DNA from: Candidatus Bathyarchaeia archaeon
GTDB lineage: Archaea > Thermoproteota > Bathyarchaeia > Bathyarchaeales > Bathycorpusculaceae
Assembly: GCA_050010515.1 (NCBI GenBank)
Contig: JBEKKX010000009.1
Coordinates: forward strand, 1 to 64,000
Direction: 5' to 3'
DNA length: 64,000 nucleotides
Shown here piece after piece: positions 1 through 9,359 of the stretch. Under the pieces are notes generated by a model. The model had not been told where the DNA came from. It ran no database searches and saw nothing but the letters and a program-made list of their open reading frames with translations. The position numbers and the translations under genes are program-made. Position 1 is the stretch's first letter. Each line of letters begins with the position of its first letter.

Positions 1-77
1 GTAAATTCTACCGTTCAATTGGCCAGGTCAATGCTGAAACAATCAAACGCTACATAGAACAATCTAAGCATCCATAA
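1..77 (+). mobile_element. tnpA: 3' end of IS200/IS605-family Y1 transposase (partial at window edge)
   Basis: Frame from nt 3 reads KFYRSIGQVNAETIKRYIEQSKHP*, matching the TnpA C-terminal helix with the catalytic Tyr (IxxYIxxQ); not in the ORF track. Confidence 0.8.
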
Positions 78-83
78 TTTTTC

Positions 84-119
84 TGAAGATACCGCAACCG
101 TAAGGTTGCGGTCATTCAT
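84..119 (+). mobile_element. IS200/IS605-type right end: subterminal hairpin plus probable cleavage tetranucleotide
   Basis: Perfect hairpin ACCGCAACC-GTAA-GGTTGCGGT (91-112), TGAAG just 5' of it and TTCA at 115-118, directly after the tnpA stop. Confidence 0.7.
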
Positions 120-204
120 TTTATGTACACAGAGATAGACAGAGACAGGCAGAGAGAGATGATTCTTATTATAGCGGGGGCATATCCCCCTTCAAACCCC
201 CATT

Positions 205-630
205 CTTGTGTGTCGTGTTGTGTTGCGTGTTGTGTCGCGTGTTGAGTTGTGAGGGTGTGTAATATAGGGGATAGGGGTATAGGGGGTTAGGTTAAGGATG
301 AAGGGTTTGGTTAGGAAGTGTTAGAGTAGTACGTGTTAGAGTAGTACGTGTTAGGCGTGTTAGTGTGTGGAGAAAACAACAGAGAAAAAGATTAAATTTT
401 AATAAAACCCAAACCCAAACCCAAACTTCTACACGACTAACACACTTACAACTCAAACATTAAACCAAACCTTAACCTAAACCCTAAAGCTTTACTCTCT
501 CTCCTCATACACCCACACGCACCAACACCACACCGCACAACACAACACCACACAACACCACACCAACGGAAAGCGCGCGCCCCTTACTAAACAAACAAAC
601 ACAGACACAAAAAACACAATAGCAACATAA
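205..630. repeat. Two oppositely oriented copies of a CA/GT-rich low-complexity repeat element
   Basis: GT-rich arm ~205-390 and CA-rich arm ~405-630 share CTTAACCTAA and (CACAA)n-like blocks in mirror order; 15-bp tandem GTGTTAGAGTAGTAC x2 at 318-347. Confidence 0.65.
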
Positions 631-737
631 CAAGAATAGAAACAAAGTCTTAAATCTGCATGGCAAAATTTTAAAAAGAAATCGGATGCCTATGCTATCT
701 ATCCGTAAGAGGTCTATAGAAAGGACGGCGGAGTCCT

Positions 738-2240
738 ATGAGTGAAAAGAAAGTTGTAAGCAGAAAAGTTGCCCTCGGAATCGGCGCGTTATGCATCGCG
801 CTATTAATTATCATGAGTGTAGTAGTGGCTAATTATACATCAACACTATCTACTGTATCCAGTCTTCGGAAACAAATAGCATCAGATAACTCAGAAATTA
901 ATTCATTGAAGACTGAAATAGCAAGCATACAAAATCAATTTCCTTCGCTGAAAGCGCTCGCGCTTAACGGATTTGCCGTAATTCAGATTACTGACACTCA
1001 ATATTTGACAGACCCTCATTATTCAGGTGATTCTGTCCCGAACTTATTTAATGGGTTAACCAGTTGGATAGTAGATAATAGTCGCGCTTTGAATGTTACG
1101 ATGGTTGTTCACACTGGTGACATTGTACAGGTCGCCAACTCTATGAGTGATTGGAAAAACGCCAACAACGCCATGATGCAGCTTTACGATAATGGTGTTC
1201 CTTACTGTTGGAATGCTGGAAACCACGACCAACTTAATAACGGAACAATTGGCTATGGGAATCCGAACCTCTCGTGGTTGGGAGGAAACTACCCTGCTTT
1301 TAACGTCACAGCTATGAGGCAAAAGCCTTACTGGGTAGGGGACATTAGCGACGGCAAAGACACAGCTGTACAATTTACTTATGACAATTACCACTTTATG
1401 GTTATTAACATCGAATATGATGCTAACTCAACCGTTTTAGGTTGGATGCAGACGCTTCTTAAATGTAATCCAAATGTAAACGTGATTGTGGCAACGCATA
1501 ATTTTCTCAATGGAAATGGCACGTATGGTACCGCGAGTCATAAAGACGTTACGTGGGCTACCAACTTTGAAAACCTACTAAATAATTATCCTAACGTGTT
1601 TATGACGCTAAATGGGCACGCTGCTAATATTGGAGGTTCAGCATACCACAAAAGAGTAGGGAACAGAGAAGAAATCTTCTTCAACATGCAAGAAAATGAC
1701 AACAAACAAGGTGCGGCGACCGCGAGAATTTACGCTTTCAACATGAGCGACCCCGCAAACCCAGTTGTAACTGCTTACACCTATCAGACTTTTGGAACAC
1801 CGCAATACCTAACTGACCCAGCGGATCAATTCAGTTTTTCAACGAACCTTACCTCTTATTCGCCTTCAACCGTCAGCATTGCGGCTAACACTAATTTTTG
1901 GGGAGCAAACGACCACAGCTTAAGCTTCGCCAATTCAACAACCCTGAACGGTTTCAGCCAGTACGGTACCGCACTTACCTTTAACAATTTGACTTTGAAT
2001 GGAGTTACTTCAAACTTTACAGTAACTGCAATCGGCGCAAATATAGTGATAAGCAGCTATAACTCGAACAGTAGCATAAGCTACGCAGTTAGCGGGAGCG
2101 GAAACCAAACCTTTTCTGTGAACAAGCCACCTACATCAGTAGACATTGACGGCAAACAAACTTCCAAGGGCTGGAGCTACTCGAATGGAGAAATCACAGT
2201 CACAGGCGCTACCTCTTCAGTAGTTATGAACTTCTCGTAG
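738..2240 (+). CDS. Membrane-anchored calcineurin-like metallophosphoesterase
   Basis: N-terminal TM helix and coiled coil; motifs DTQ, HTGDIV, GNHD, VATH, GH. Confidence 0.85.
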   Translation: MSEKKVVSRKVALGIGALCIALLIIMSVVVANYTSTLSTVSSLRKQIASDNSEINSLKTEIASIQNQFPSLKALALNGFAVIQITDTQYLTDPHYSGDSVPNLFNGLTSWIVDNSRALNVTMVVHTGDIVQVANSMSDWKNANNAMMQLYDNGVPYCWNAGNHDQLNNGTIGYGNPNLSWLGGNYPAFNVTAMRQKPYWVGDISDGKDTAVQFTYDNYHFMVINIEYDANSTVLGWMQTLLKCNPNVNVIVATHNFLNGNGTYGTASHKDVTWATNFENLLNNYPNVFMTLNGHAANIGGSAYHKRVGNREEIFFNMQENDNKQGAATARIYAFNMSDPANPVVTAYTYQTFGTPQYLTDPADQFSFSTNLTSYSPSTVSIAANTNFWGANDHSLSFANSTTLNGFSQYGTALTFNNLTLNGVTSNFTVTAIGANIVISSYNSNSSISYAVSGSGNQTFSVNKPPTSVDIDGKQTSKGWSYSNGEITVTGATSSVVMNFS

Positions 2241-2279
2241 GATTAGCGTGATGGTATGGGAAAGTGCTAAACGCCGAAA

Positions 2280-2522
2280 CTAAAGGCTTGGGATTCTTGG
2301 ATTCCAGTCTCGCCTTTCATTTCTCAGATACTTAGCGAATAAGAGAGCCTCTTCATTAATCAAAGTTTCAATTTCCTGTTTTGAACCTACCTTCATTCTT
2401 GGAATCTCAACTATAGACTTAAAATAATCATGTATACACTTCTTGAACTTGATATTCTGTTCTTGATTTAGATATAAACGTGGATATTTTCTGGGTTGCA
2501 TGGTGTAAACTTTCTTGAAGTC
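2280..2522 (-). pseudogene. C-terminal remnant of a Cas1-like (solo/casposase-type) endonuclease
   Basis: YLN...YFKSIVEIPRMKVGSKQEIETLINEEALLFAKYLRNERRDWNPRI resembles the C-terminus of archaeal stand-alone Cas1 proteins; in-frame stop upstream, no N-terminal part. Confidence 0.6.
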
Positions 2523-2636
2523 TCAAATTTCAAGATTATCTGAATGAATGGAAAAAAAGAAAAAGAGGGAAGGACGCGGGAGACATCGCCACCTGGGGTA
2601 TGTTCCTCCAAACAGTAGTCTTTTTGGAAATGTTTT

Positions 2637-3011
2637 TTAGTGCTTAGCAATAAGCGCTTCTTCGATCCGTCGACGCAGATCAGCATCCACAACCAACTTC
2701 AAAGCGTCAAGCAGCATCCCCTCAACAGACACATCCTCGTCTTGAACTTTCATCCAGAATTTGCCATGAGTATACCAGTCTAAGAGCACACGCGCGTAGG
2801 CATGGTAGCCGTCAACTCGAGACTTCGCTGTCTCACGCATCATAATCAACAGACTCGAAACCGAATCACTATCCACCATTAACCTGAGGAACTCTTCTAT
2901 GGGGCGGGACGGCCGCAGCTTTTCACGACTGCAAAGCTTCCGATACGCACCCCAAATTTCCGCATCAACCCGCATACCCGTCTGCAACCTCTTCATAAAC
3001 GTCACCAACAA
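2637..3011 (-). CDS. Hypothetical protein, possible N-terminal ribbon-helix-helix DNA-binding domain
   Basis: KRLQTGMRVDAEIWGAYRKLC...RPSRPIEEFLR fits an RHH strand-helix-helix pattern. Confidence 0.5.
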   Translation of the reverse strand: MLVTFMKRLQTGMRVDAEIWGAYRKLCSREKLRPSRPIEEFLRLMVDSDSVSSLLIMMRETAKSRVDGYHAYARVLLDWYTHGKFWMKVQDEDVSVEGMLLDALKLVVDADLRRRIEEALIAKH

Positions 3012-3368
3012 AATGTTACCAAAACCGTTACCTATAAGCCTAAGGGTACCCTAGAAAAACCATGGGAGAAAGAAAAAAATTTTAGAGCACAGCCTATCAA
3101 GCAGACTGGTTTTGGGAAACTCCAGCAATAATCGTGTGATGTGCAAACCCGAAGGAGGCATGGCGGAGAAGCGCGCGTTCGGCAAAAAACACGAAACCAT
3201 GAGGACTGCGCTGCAGAAAACTGGGTAAGCAAAACAAATCCTTCAGCAATCAGCGTTAACCATGCTAGAAGGCTCCAAAAAAGAAAAAGGGGAGTTTACG
3301 CGGGTGATTCGCCACTGTTTGCCAATTAAAGGTTTAAAGGCAAATTTGTCGTATGCATTAATTGGCGA

Positions 3369-5759
3369 TTGCCTGTGAAAACTACTTTTTGGCTCCTAGA
3401 CATTAACCCCAGAATCGATAATGCCAGTGACACATCTGAATTGTGGCTTTGGGGAATTGATGCGAACGGAAACCGAGTGCTCGTTATTGACAGAAACTTT
3501 ACTGCTTATTTTTATGCTGTGGTCAAAGAAGACTTTGACCCGTCGAAAACTGCACGGGAAATCATGAGGGCTTACCCGCCTTCAATAGTGAAGGCGGAAG
3601 TTGCTGAGCGCAGGTTCTTCGGCAAACCTGTGCAGGCAATAAAAGTTTACTGTAAAGTTGCAACCGAAACAGAGAAGCTTGCAAAGGCGCTTCGAGGGCT
3701 CGAAGGGGTCAAAGAATGCCTCGAAGATGATATTCGCATCTCAATGCGGTACCTAATTGACAATAACGTGGCTCCCTGCACGTGGCATGAAGTGGAGGCT
3801 GAGGAAGAAGAAAACAAATTAGGCGTAAGAGCGGACAAGCTTTATGCTGCAAAATCCATTCCAAAACAGCTCGAGAGCGTTGACAAGCCCCAGCTCAAAA
3901 CGCTCAGTTTCTCAATGATCAGTTATAGCCGCGAAGGCTCACCTAAACCAGACAGAAATCCTGTAGTAATAATATCCACTGTTGCCAGCACTGGCGAAGA
4001 AAAGCAGTTCTTGGCAGGCGACGATAGGAATGATAAACCTGTTATTCAACAGTTTGTTGCATACATCCGCCAGTTTGACCCTGACCTCATCGTTAGCTTC
4101 GGCGCTAACACTCGAGATTGGGATTACCTAATAAAAAGAAGCCACAGGCTCGAAAAAACGTTTGATGTTGACCGAGGAAGAAAGGAGCCGCATACCAGCA
4201 TTTACGGTCACGTGTCGTTTACGGGCATCGCTAACGTGGACCTTGCCGATTTTATGGATGTTTTTCCAGAAGTGAAGGTTAAGACACTTTCCAACTTGGC
4301 TTACTACTTAGGCATAATGAAAAACGCATCCGGCATTGAAATTGAGGATGTTGAATTCGCCGATTACTGGGACAACCAGCAGAAAAGAGAAGCGCTTAAA
4401 CAGTTCAGCCTAAACAACGCTCGCAAAATCCAAGGCTCGGCAATGTTGCTGTTGGATTTTTCAATGCAACTATCCAGTCTAGTTAGCTTACCGTTGGATC
4501 ATGTTATGACTGCAGCGGTGGGCTTTAGGGTTGAATGGTTTCTGATTAAGCAAACACACAAAATCGGTGAACTCATACCCAGACGGGTAGAGCAGCCCTA
4601 TCGGTCTTACGCTGGGGGGTTAGTGCTTAAACCAAAACCTGGATTGCACGATAACATAGCGGTTTTAGATTTCAAATCAATGTACCCCAACATCATGATA
4701 CGATACAACCTGTCGCCTGACACCTACATTGCACCCGATGAGCCTGAACCGCCAGCTGGAGTTTACGAAGCGCCTGAAGTAAAGCACCGATTCCGCAAAG
4801 CACCGCCCGGATTCTACAAGGAAGCATTAACCTACCTAATAGAAGTAAGAAACAAAATACGCTTAGAAATGAAGGCTTTAATCCCCAGCACGGTTGAATA
4901 CAGCATTTTAGATGCAAGGCAAAAAGCTGTAAAAATCATAACAAACGCTGCCTATGGGTACGCTGGCTGGGTTGGCGCAAGATGGTACATTAAACCAGTA
5001 GCCGAAGCAGCTTCCGCTTGGGGAAGACACACCATTTTAAGCGCTACCCGTTTAGCTGAAGACAAAAGCTTAACGATTATTTACGGTGACACTGACAGCA
5101 TCTTCTTAACCAACGACGAAAAGAAACTCCTTGAGCTCAAAGCTGAGATTAAAAAGAATTTAGGCTTAGAAGTAGAAGTCGGCGAGGTCTACAAACGCAT
5201 TTTCTTCACAGAAGCCAAAAAGCGGTATGCAGGACTAAGGCTTGACGGCACCTTAGACATAGTCGGGTTAGAAGTGATTCGCGGAGATTGGGCTGAAGTA
5301 GCTAAAAAAGTGCAAGAACACGTTCTCGAAATAATTCTGAAGGAACAGTCGCCTGCGAAGGCAATTGACTACGTGCGCACCGTAATAGAAGAGCTAAAGC
5401 AAAGGAAAGTTCCGTTCCGCGACCTTATAATTTGGAAAACCCTCACAAAACCGCCGGAACAGTACGCTATTAAGGCTCCACATGTGGAAGCGGCAAAAAT
5501 GCTGAGAGAAAAGGGCTGGCGCCTAACAGGCGGCGACAAAGTAGGCTTTGTCATACTAGTAGGTAAAGGACGATTTTACAACCGTGTGAAACCTTACGTT
5601 TTCGCCAAGTACGATGAAGTGGACGTTGACTACTATGTAACTAATCAAGTGGTTCCTGCAGCGGCGAGAATACTAGGCTTTTTCGGAGTAACGGAAAAAG
5701 AACTGATAAGCGAAAAGAAAGAAAGCGAAGAAAGCAGAAGCCTGACGGATTACCTTTAG
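3369..5759 (+). CDS. polB: Family B DNA polymerase (PolB3-like), polymerase motifs intact, exonuclease motifs degenerate
   Basis: DFKSMYPNIM, KIITNAAYGY, YGDTDS, KKRYAG. Confidence 0.95.
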   Translation: MPVKTTFWLLDINPRIDNASDTSELWLWGIDANGNRVLVIDRNFTAYFYAVVKEDFDPSKTAREIMRAYPPSIVKAEVAERRFFGKPVQAIKVYCKVATETEKLAKALRGLEGVKECLEDDIRISMRYLIDNNVAPCTWHEVEAEEEENKLGVRADKLYAAKSIPKQLESVDKPQLKTLSFSMISYSREGSPKPDRNPVVIISTVASTGEEKQFLAGDDRNDKPVIQQFVAYIRQFDPDLIVSFGANTRDWDYLIKRSHRLEKTFDVDRGRKEPHTSIYGHVSFTGIANVDLADFMDVFPEVKVKTLSNLAYYLGIMKNASGIEIEDVEFADYWDNQQKREALKQFSLNNARKIQGSAMLLLDFSMQLSSLVSLPLDHVMTAAVGFRVEWFLIKQTHKIGELIPRRVEQPYRSYAGGLVLKPKPGLHDNIAVLDFKSMYPNIMIRYNLSPDTYIAPDEPEPPAGVYEAPEVKHRFRKAPPGFYKEALTYLIEVRNKIRLEMKALIPSTVEYSILDARQKAVKIITNAAYGYAGWVGARWYIKPVAEAASAWGRHTILSATRLAEDKSLTIIYGDTDSIFLTNDEKKLLELKAEIKKNLGLEVEVGEVYKRIFFTEAKKRYAGLRLDGTLDIVGLEVIRGDWAEVAKKVQEHVLEIILKEQSPAKAIDYVRTVIEELKQRKVPFRDLIIWKTLTKPPEQYAIKAPHVEAAKMLREKGWRLTGGDKVGFVILVGKGRFYNRVKPYVFAKYDEVDVDYYVTNQVVPAAARILGFFGVTEKELISEKKESEESRSLTDYL

Positions 5760-6916
5760 GCTTGAGCGATTGCATCTTGGAAAGTTACCAATTCAACGTT
5801 TAACGCAGGCTTTACTGCTTCTGAAATTCGCGAAGCAACTATGCGTCTAATGTTTTTCTCGCCTGCGATATCAACGATTCTCTGCGTGATGATGCCGTCA
5901 AAAACCACTGTGTCAACGCCGCCTACTTGCTGGAGCTTTTCTGCTAATTGGCTTACTGGCAAACGCTCAATCAATTCGAACTTGTCATTTAGCAAGACTG
6001 CTTCAAGTGTGCCCAGCAATGCCTTTGCGGCGTGGCTTATGGGTTCTGGAACTTCAACTGTGATGTGCTGCGGCTCAGGCTTTTTAGGAGGTTTACCTGA
6101 TGCCTCGGTGATTGGAACCTTTGCTTCTAGGGCTTCAGTGATTTCTTTGCAGCTGCATTCCTCGATTTCTTTGCCCCTTGGAGCACGACCAACAAACTTG
6201 ACACTTGTAACTTGCTGTAGCTCTTTTAGTATTAGGTCGCCGCCTCGGTCGCCGTCAAGCAAGGCAGTTGCTGTTTTTTCTTTAGTTAGCTTCTTTATTG
6301 ATTCAGGAACTTTGGCGCCTTCAAGGGCAACAGTATTGAAAATTCCGCAGCGCATTAGATTGATTATGTCAGCGCGTCCTTCAACGACAATGATTTCTTT
6401 AGCGCTTTCTAATCCTGGACCAGCGGGCAATTCCTCTGTACCGTACTTTTCGACTTTGCCGATTTTCATTGTATCAGAGATTTCTTTGTAAACTTCATCT
6501 ATGCTTGGCATTGACTCAATAGTCCATTTATGCAGGATTTCTTTTGCTCGGTCAATGATTATTTTTCTACGTGCTTCGCGGATGTCTTCGATTTTATCTA
6601 AGCTAACTTTGGCTGAGCATGGGCCGACACGGTTGATGCTTTCTATGCTTGCGGCAATCAGCGCTGTTGAAACCCTATCTAAACTAGTTGGAATAGTTAT
6701 TGATCCAGTGGTTTTGTCATTTTTTGAGTGTAGGTCAATTTCGATTCTTCCGATGCGGCCTGTTTTCTGTAATTCCCTTAAGTCAAGTTCAGGTCCAAAA
6801 AGTCCTTCTGTTTGACCGAAAACTGCGCCTATCACATCGGGTTTTTCTACTACACCTTCAATTTCAAATCTGGCGGATATAACGTACTTTATCGTAAATG
6901 TTTGGGATGTTCCCGT
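5756..6916 (-). CDS. dnaG: Archaeal DnaG-like protein (TOPRIM, exosome-associated)
   Basis: VEKPDVIGAVFGQTEGL, VVEGRADIINL, DGDRGG; frame stays open upstream of the ORF-track start (6835); start placed tentatively at ACG 6916. Confidence 0.93.
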   Translation of the reverse strand, partial: TGTSQTFTIKYVISARFEIEGVVEKPDVIGAVFGQTEGLFGPELDLRELQKTGRIGRIEIDLHSKNDKTTGSITIPTSLDRVSTALIAASIESINRVGPCSAKVSLDKIEDIREARRKIIIDRAKEILHKWTIESMPSIDEVYKEISDTMKIGKVEKYGTEELPAGPGLESAKEIIVVEGRADIINLMRCGIFNTVALEGAKVPESIKKLTKEKTATALLDGDRGGDLILKELQQVTSVKFVGRAPRGKEIEECSCKEITEALEAKVPITEASGKPPKKPEPQHITVEVPEPISHAAKALLGTLEAVLLNDKFELIERLPVSQLAEKLQQVGGVDTVVFDGIITQRIVDIAGEKNIRRIVASRISEAVKPALNVELVTFQDAIAQA

Positions 6917-7325
6917 AAATATGCACTTCCTATTTGTAAATTTATTTGATTATGTAAATCACATAAAGCGAGTGTTTCCCGCAATGATGAGATTTTTTAA
7001 TTTTTTATTAGTTTGATACAATTTAGGTACAATCAGTTTAATAATACTTGTGGTTTGACAATTCAGCTAATTTTCTAAAACATGATTACCAAGAGCTCAT
7101 ACGATTGATTGGCTTATAAATTTCTGGGTACAAAGTTAGGGCTTAAAAAAATAGCGTTTTTTTAATTATGTGTTTTAGGCTTTTCAGTTATTAAAAGCAT
7201 AGTGAGGCTTTCAGTGGTTATTTTTTGAAACCATGTAAAAACCTTATCTAAATCTATTAAGTAAACCTCTTTTTAGCTCCGCAGTATATGGGCAAGACTG
7301 CGTTTTTTGGCAGGTCTATTTTTTT

Positions 7326-7631
7326 TCAGGCATGTTTGAGAGCCGCTAACTCTTTTTTAAGCTTCTTGGCGCGTTCCTCTAAGTTTTCCAAGACGATTAG
7401 GTCTTCCCATGCCGGGTTCTCATCAATAGTTCCTTTCTCAATCTTCTTTTCCAGTTCTGCAGCACTTTTAACCTCATGCCGCGTCTTTATTTCAGCGATG
7501 TCAGCAAAACAAGCCCTCAACTGCGCCTCAAGCAGCTCTTCTAATCCCTTTCTTACTAGTTCTTTCGGTGGAACACCCAAAACCTTGGAAAGTCTCTCAA
7601 CGATTGCCTCGTTTTCAACCATGCCAACCAC
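7326..7631 (-). CDS. Putative antitoxin-like small protein
   Basis: ELEKKIEKGTIDENPAWEDLIVLENLEER resembles archaeal TA-associated antitoxins; no intact toxin downstream. Confidence 0.5.
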   Translation of the reverse strand: MVGMVENEAIVERLSKVLGVPPKELVRKGLEELLEAQLRACFADIAEIKTRHEVKSAAELEKKIEKGTIDENPAWEDLIVLENLEERAKKLKKELAALKHA

Positions 7632-7695
7632 TTACGGAACAATAATATGCAGGTAACGGTATTAACTCTCTCGGCTTAAAGAGCTGTAAGTAAAG

Positions 7696-7887
7696 ATGGA
7701 AATTGCAGTTGACAATTACGTGAAGGGGAAGACATCCTTAGAGAAATCTTCCGAGATAGCTGGAGTTTCGCTTTGGAGCTTTCTGGATGAACTCAGAAAA
7801 AGAAATGTCGCCTTAAAGTATTCATTCGCCGATGCAGAGAGTGAAATACAAAAGGTAATAGAAAAATCCAGTTTAAGAAAAACATAA
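7696..7887 (+). pseudogene. UPF0175-family antitoxin fragment
   Basis: AVDNYVKGKTSLEKSSEIAGVSLWSFLDELRKRNV; N-terminus absent. Confidence 0.6.
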
Positions 7888-8331
7888 TCTGCAGGTATCG
7901 CCAATTAATAACGGAAAAGTTTGGTTTGGCGAATCGTCATCTTAACCAATGCGGCAAACTAAAAATATTCAGGAAGAGGAGAAGAGAGAACGGGTCGCAT
8001 TTTTCGGTTAACTGATGATCCGCCAAACGAACTGCGCGGGTTTTCATACGCATATACATCAAACTCAGGAGAAAATAAAAGAATATGTTGTTGCATCATG
8101 GAGCCCACATTTCAGGCGCTTAGCTTTAAGCAGAATGCCGTATAGAAGCGCTCGACCTCGTTTTGCTAACAAAAATGCCAAGCTAAAAGTATCCCCTCTC
8201 CCCTCCCTCTCCTTAAAGTTTTTAGACCCATTTTCACTAGCCAAAAACTAGCCTGCCCCTTTTAGGACTTAACCCTTCACCTTATATAATAATACCGACA
8301 AAAGGTAAATACTCAGACTAAGGCGACTGCC

Positions 8332-9129
8332 ATGAGCTTACGGTTAAACCCTGAATACCAAAAACTGCTACCAAAAATGTCTGAAGAAGAATTTGCCGAG
8401 CTCAAAGCATCCATGCAGGCAGAAGGCCAACACTACCCGATAATAGTAAACGAGGACTTAGAAATTTTAGATGGACACCACAGGTACCGCGCATGCACCG
8501 AACTGGGAGTTGAACCAGATTTTGAAGTGCGCAAGTTTGAAGATAAACTGCTTGAAAAAAAATTCGTTATCGAAGTAAACCTTAGGCGCCGTCACCTGAA
8601 CAATTTTCAGCTCATAGAGTTAGCAGTGCCGCTGCTTGAGATTGAAAAAGCACTTGCAAAGAAACGGCAGGCAAAGGGCGGTAAAAATGGGCGAAATCAG
8701 CAGTTAGGGTTAGCGTCAGATGACGCTGAGCCCGAGTTTAAAGCTAAAGCAACTGAATTAGTAGCCAAAAAAGCGGGCGTTTCAACCCGAACCTTTGAAA
8801 GAGGAAAAAAAATACTGGAAAAAGCAAGTGAAGATGATAAGCAGAGGCTGCGTGAAGGGAAGGCTAGCATAGCCAAAGTTTACCAAGAAATTGCATCAAG
8901 CGGAAACGTACAAATGAAAAAAGAAGTTGCTGAGCAACCAGTTCTAAAGCAAGAGAGCCCTCGTGAGGTGCAGAATAAAGCGGAATTGTTAGCGCTTTTG
9001 GAGCGAATGCTTAAGCAAGAATTATTTTGTCCTTCATGCGGGAACTCAATGTTCGAATGCAGCAAATGCCATAAAACGCTGCAAGCATTATTGCGGTCCA
9101 AAAATTCCGAGAACGCTTCAGATTGCTAG
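8332..9129 (+). CDS. ParB/Srx N-terminal domain protein with HTH and C-terminal Zn ribbon
   Basis: ILDGHHRYRA, EVNLRRRHL, HTH (VAKKAGVSTRTFER), CPSC...CSKC. Confidence 0.85.
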   Translation: MSLRLNPEYQKLLPKMSEEEFAELKASMQAEGQHYPIIVNEDLEILDGHHRYRACTELGVEPDFEVRKFEDKLLEKKFVIEVNLRRRHLNNFQLIELAVPLLEIEKALAKKRQAKGGKNGRNQQLGLASDDAEPEFKAKATELVAKKAGVSTRTFERGKKILEKASEDDKQRLREGKASIAKVYQEIASSGNVQMKKEVAEQPVLKQESPREVQNKAELLALLERMLKQELFCPSCGNSMFECSKCHKTLQALLRSKNSENASDC

Positions 9130-9359
9130 TGTTCCTTTACGCTTTTCTTTTGTATTTAACCGCAAACGAAAGGGTCGCTTCAGCATGCGCACAAATCCAT
9201 ATAAATTGAGTCATTCATTATCAACACGCCTTAAAGCAATGAGGGGCTTGAGGAACCATGAGTTCGAATGCGAACAAGCTCAGGTGTCAAGCAAACAAAA
9301 TTGAAACTACAAAAATGATTTGGGGGAAATGAACGAAAAATAATTCTCGATTTCTAGAA

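Noticed and set aside
205-630. CRISPR array
   Set aside because: No constant-length identical repeats with unique spacers; the sequence is low-complexity
2280-5759. Intact casposon (Cas1 plus PolB)
   Set aside because: Cas1 is only a fragment, the PolB looks like a cellular PolB3 type adjoining dnaG, and no terminal inverted repeats enclose both
5841-6815. Long plus-strand ORFs (216 aa, 104 aa) and similar antisense ORFs elsewhere
   Set aside because: Shadow frames of well-supported genes on the opposite strand
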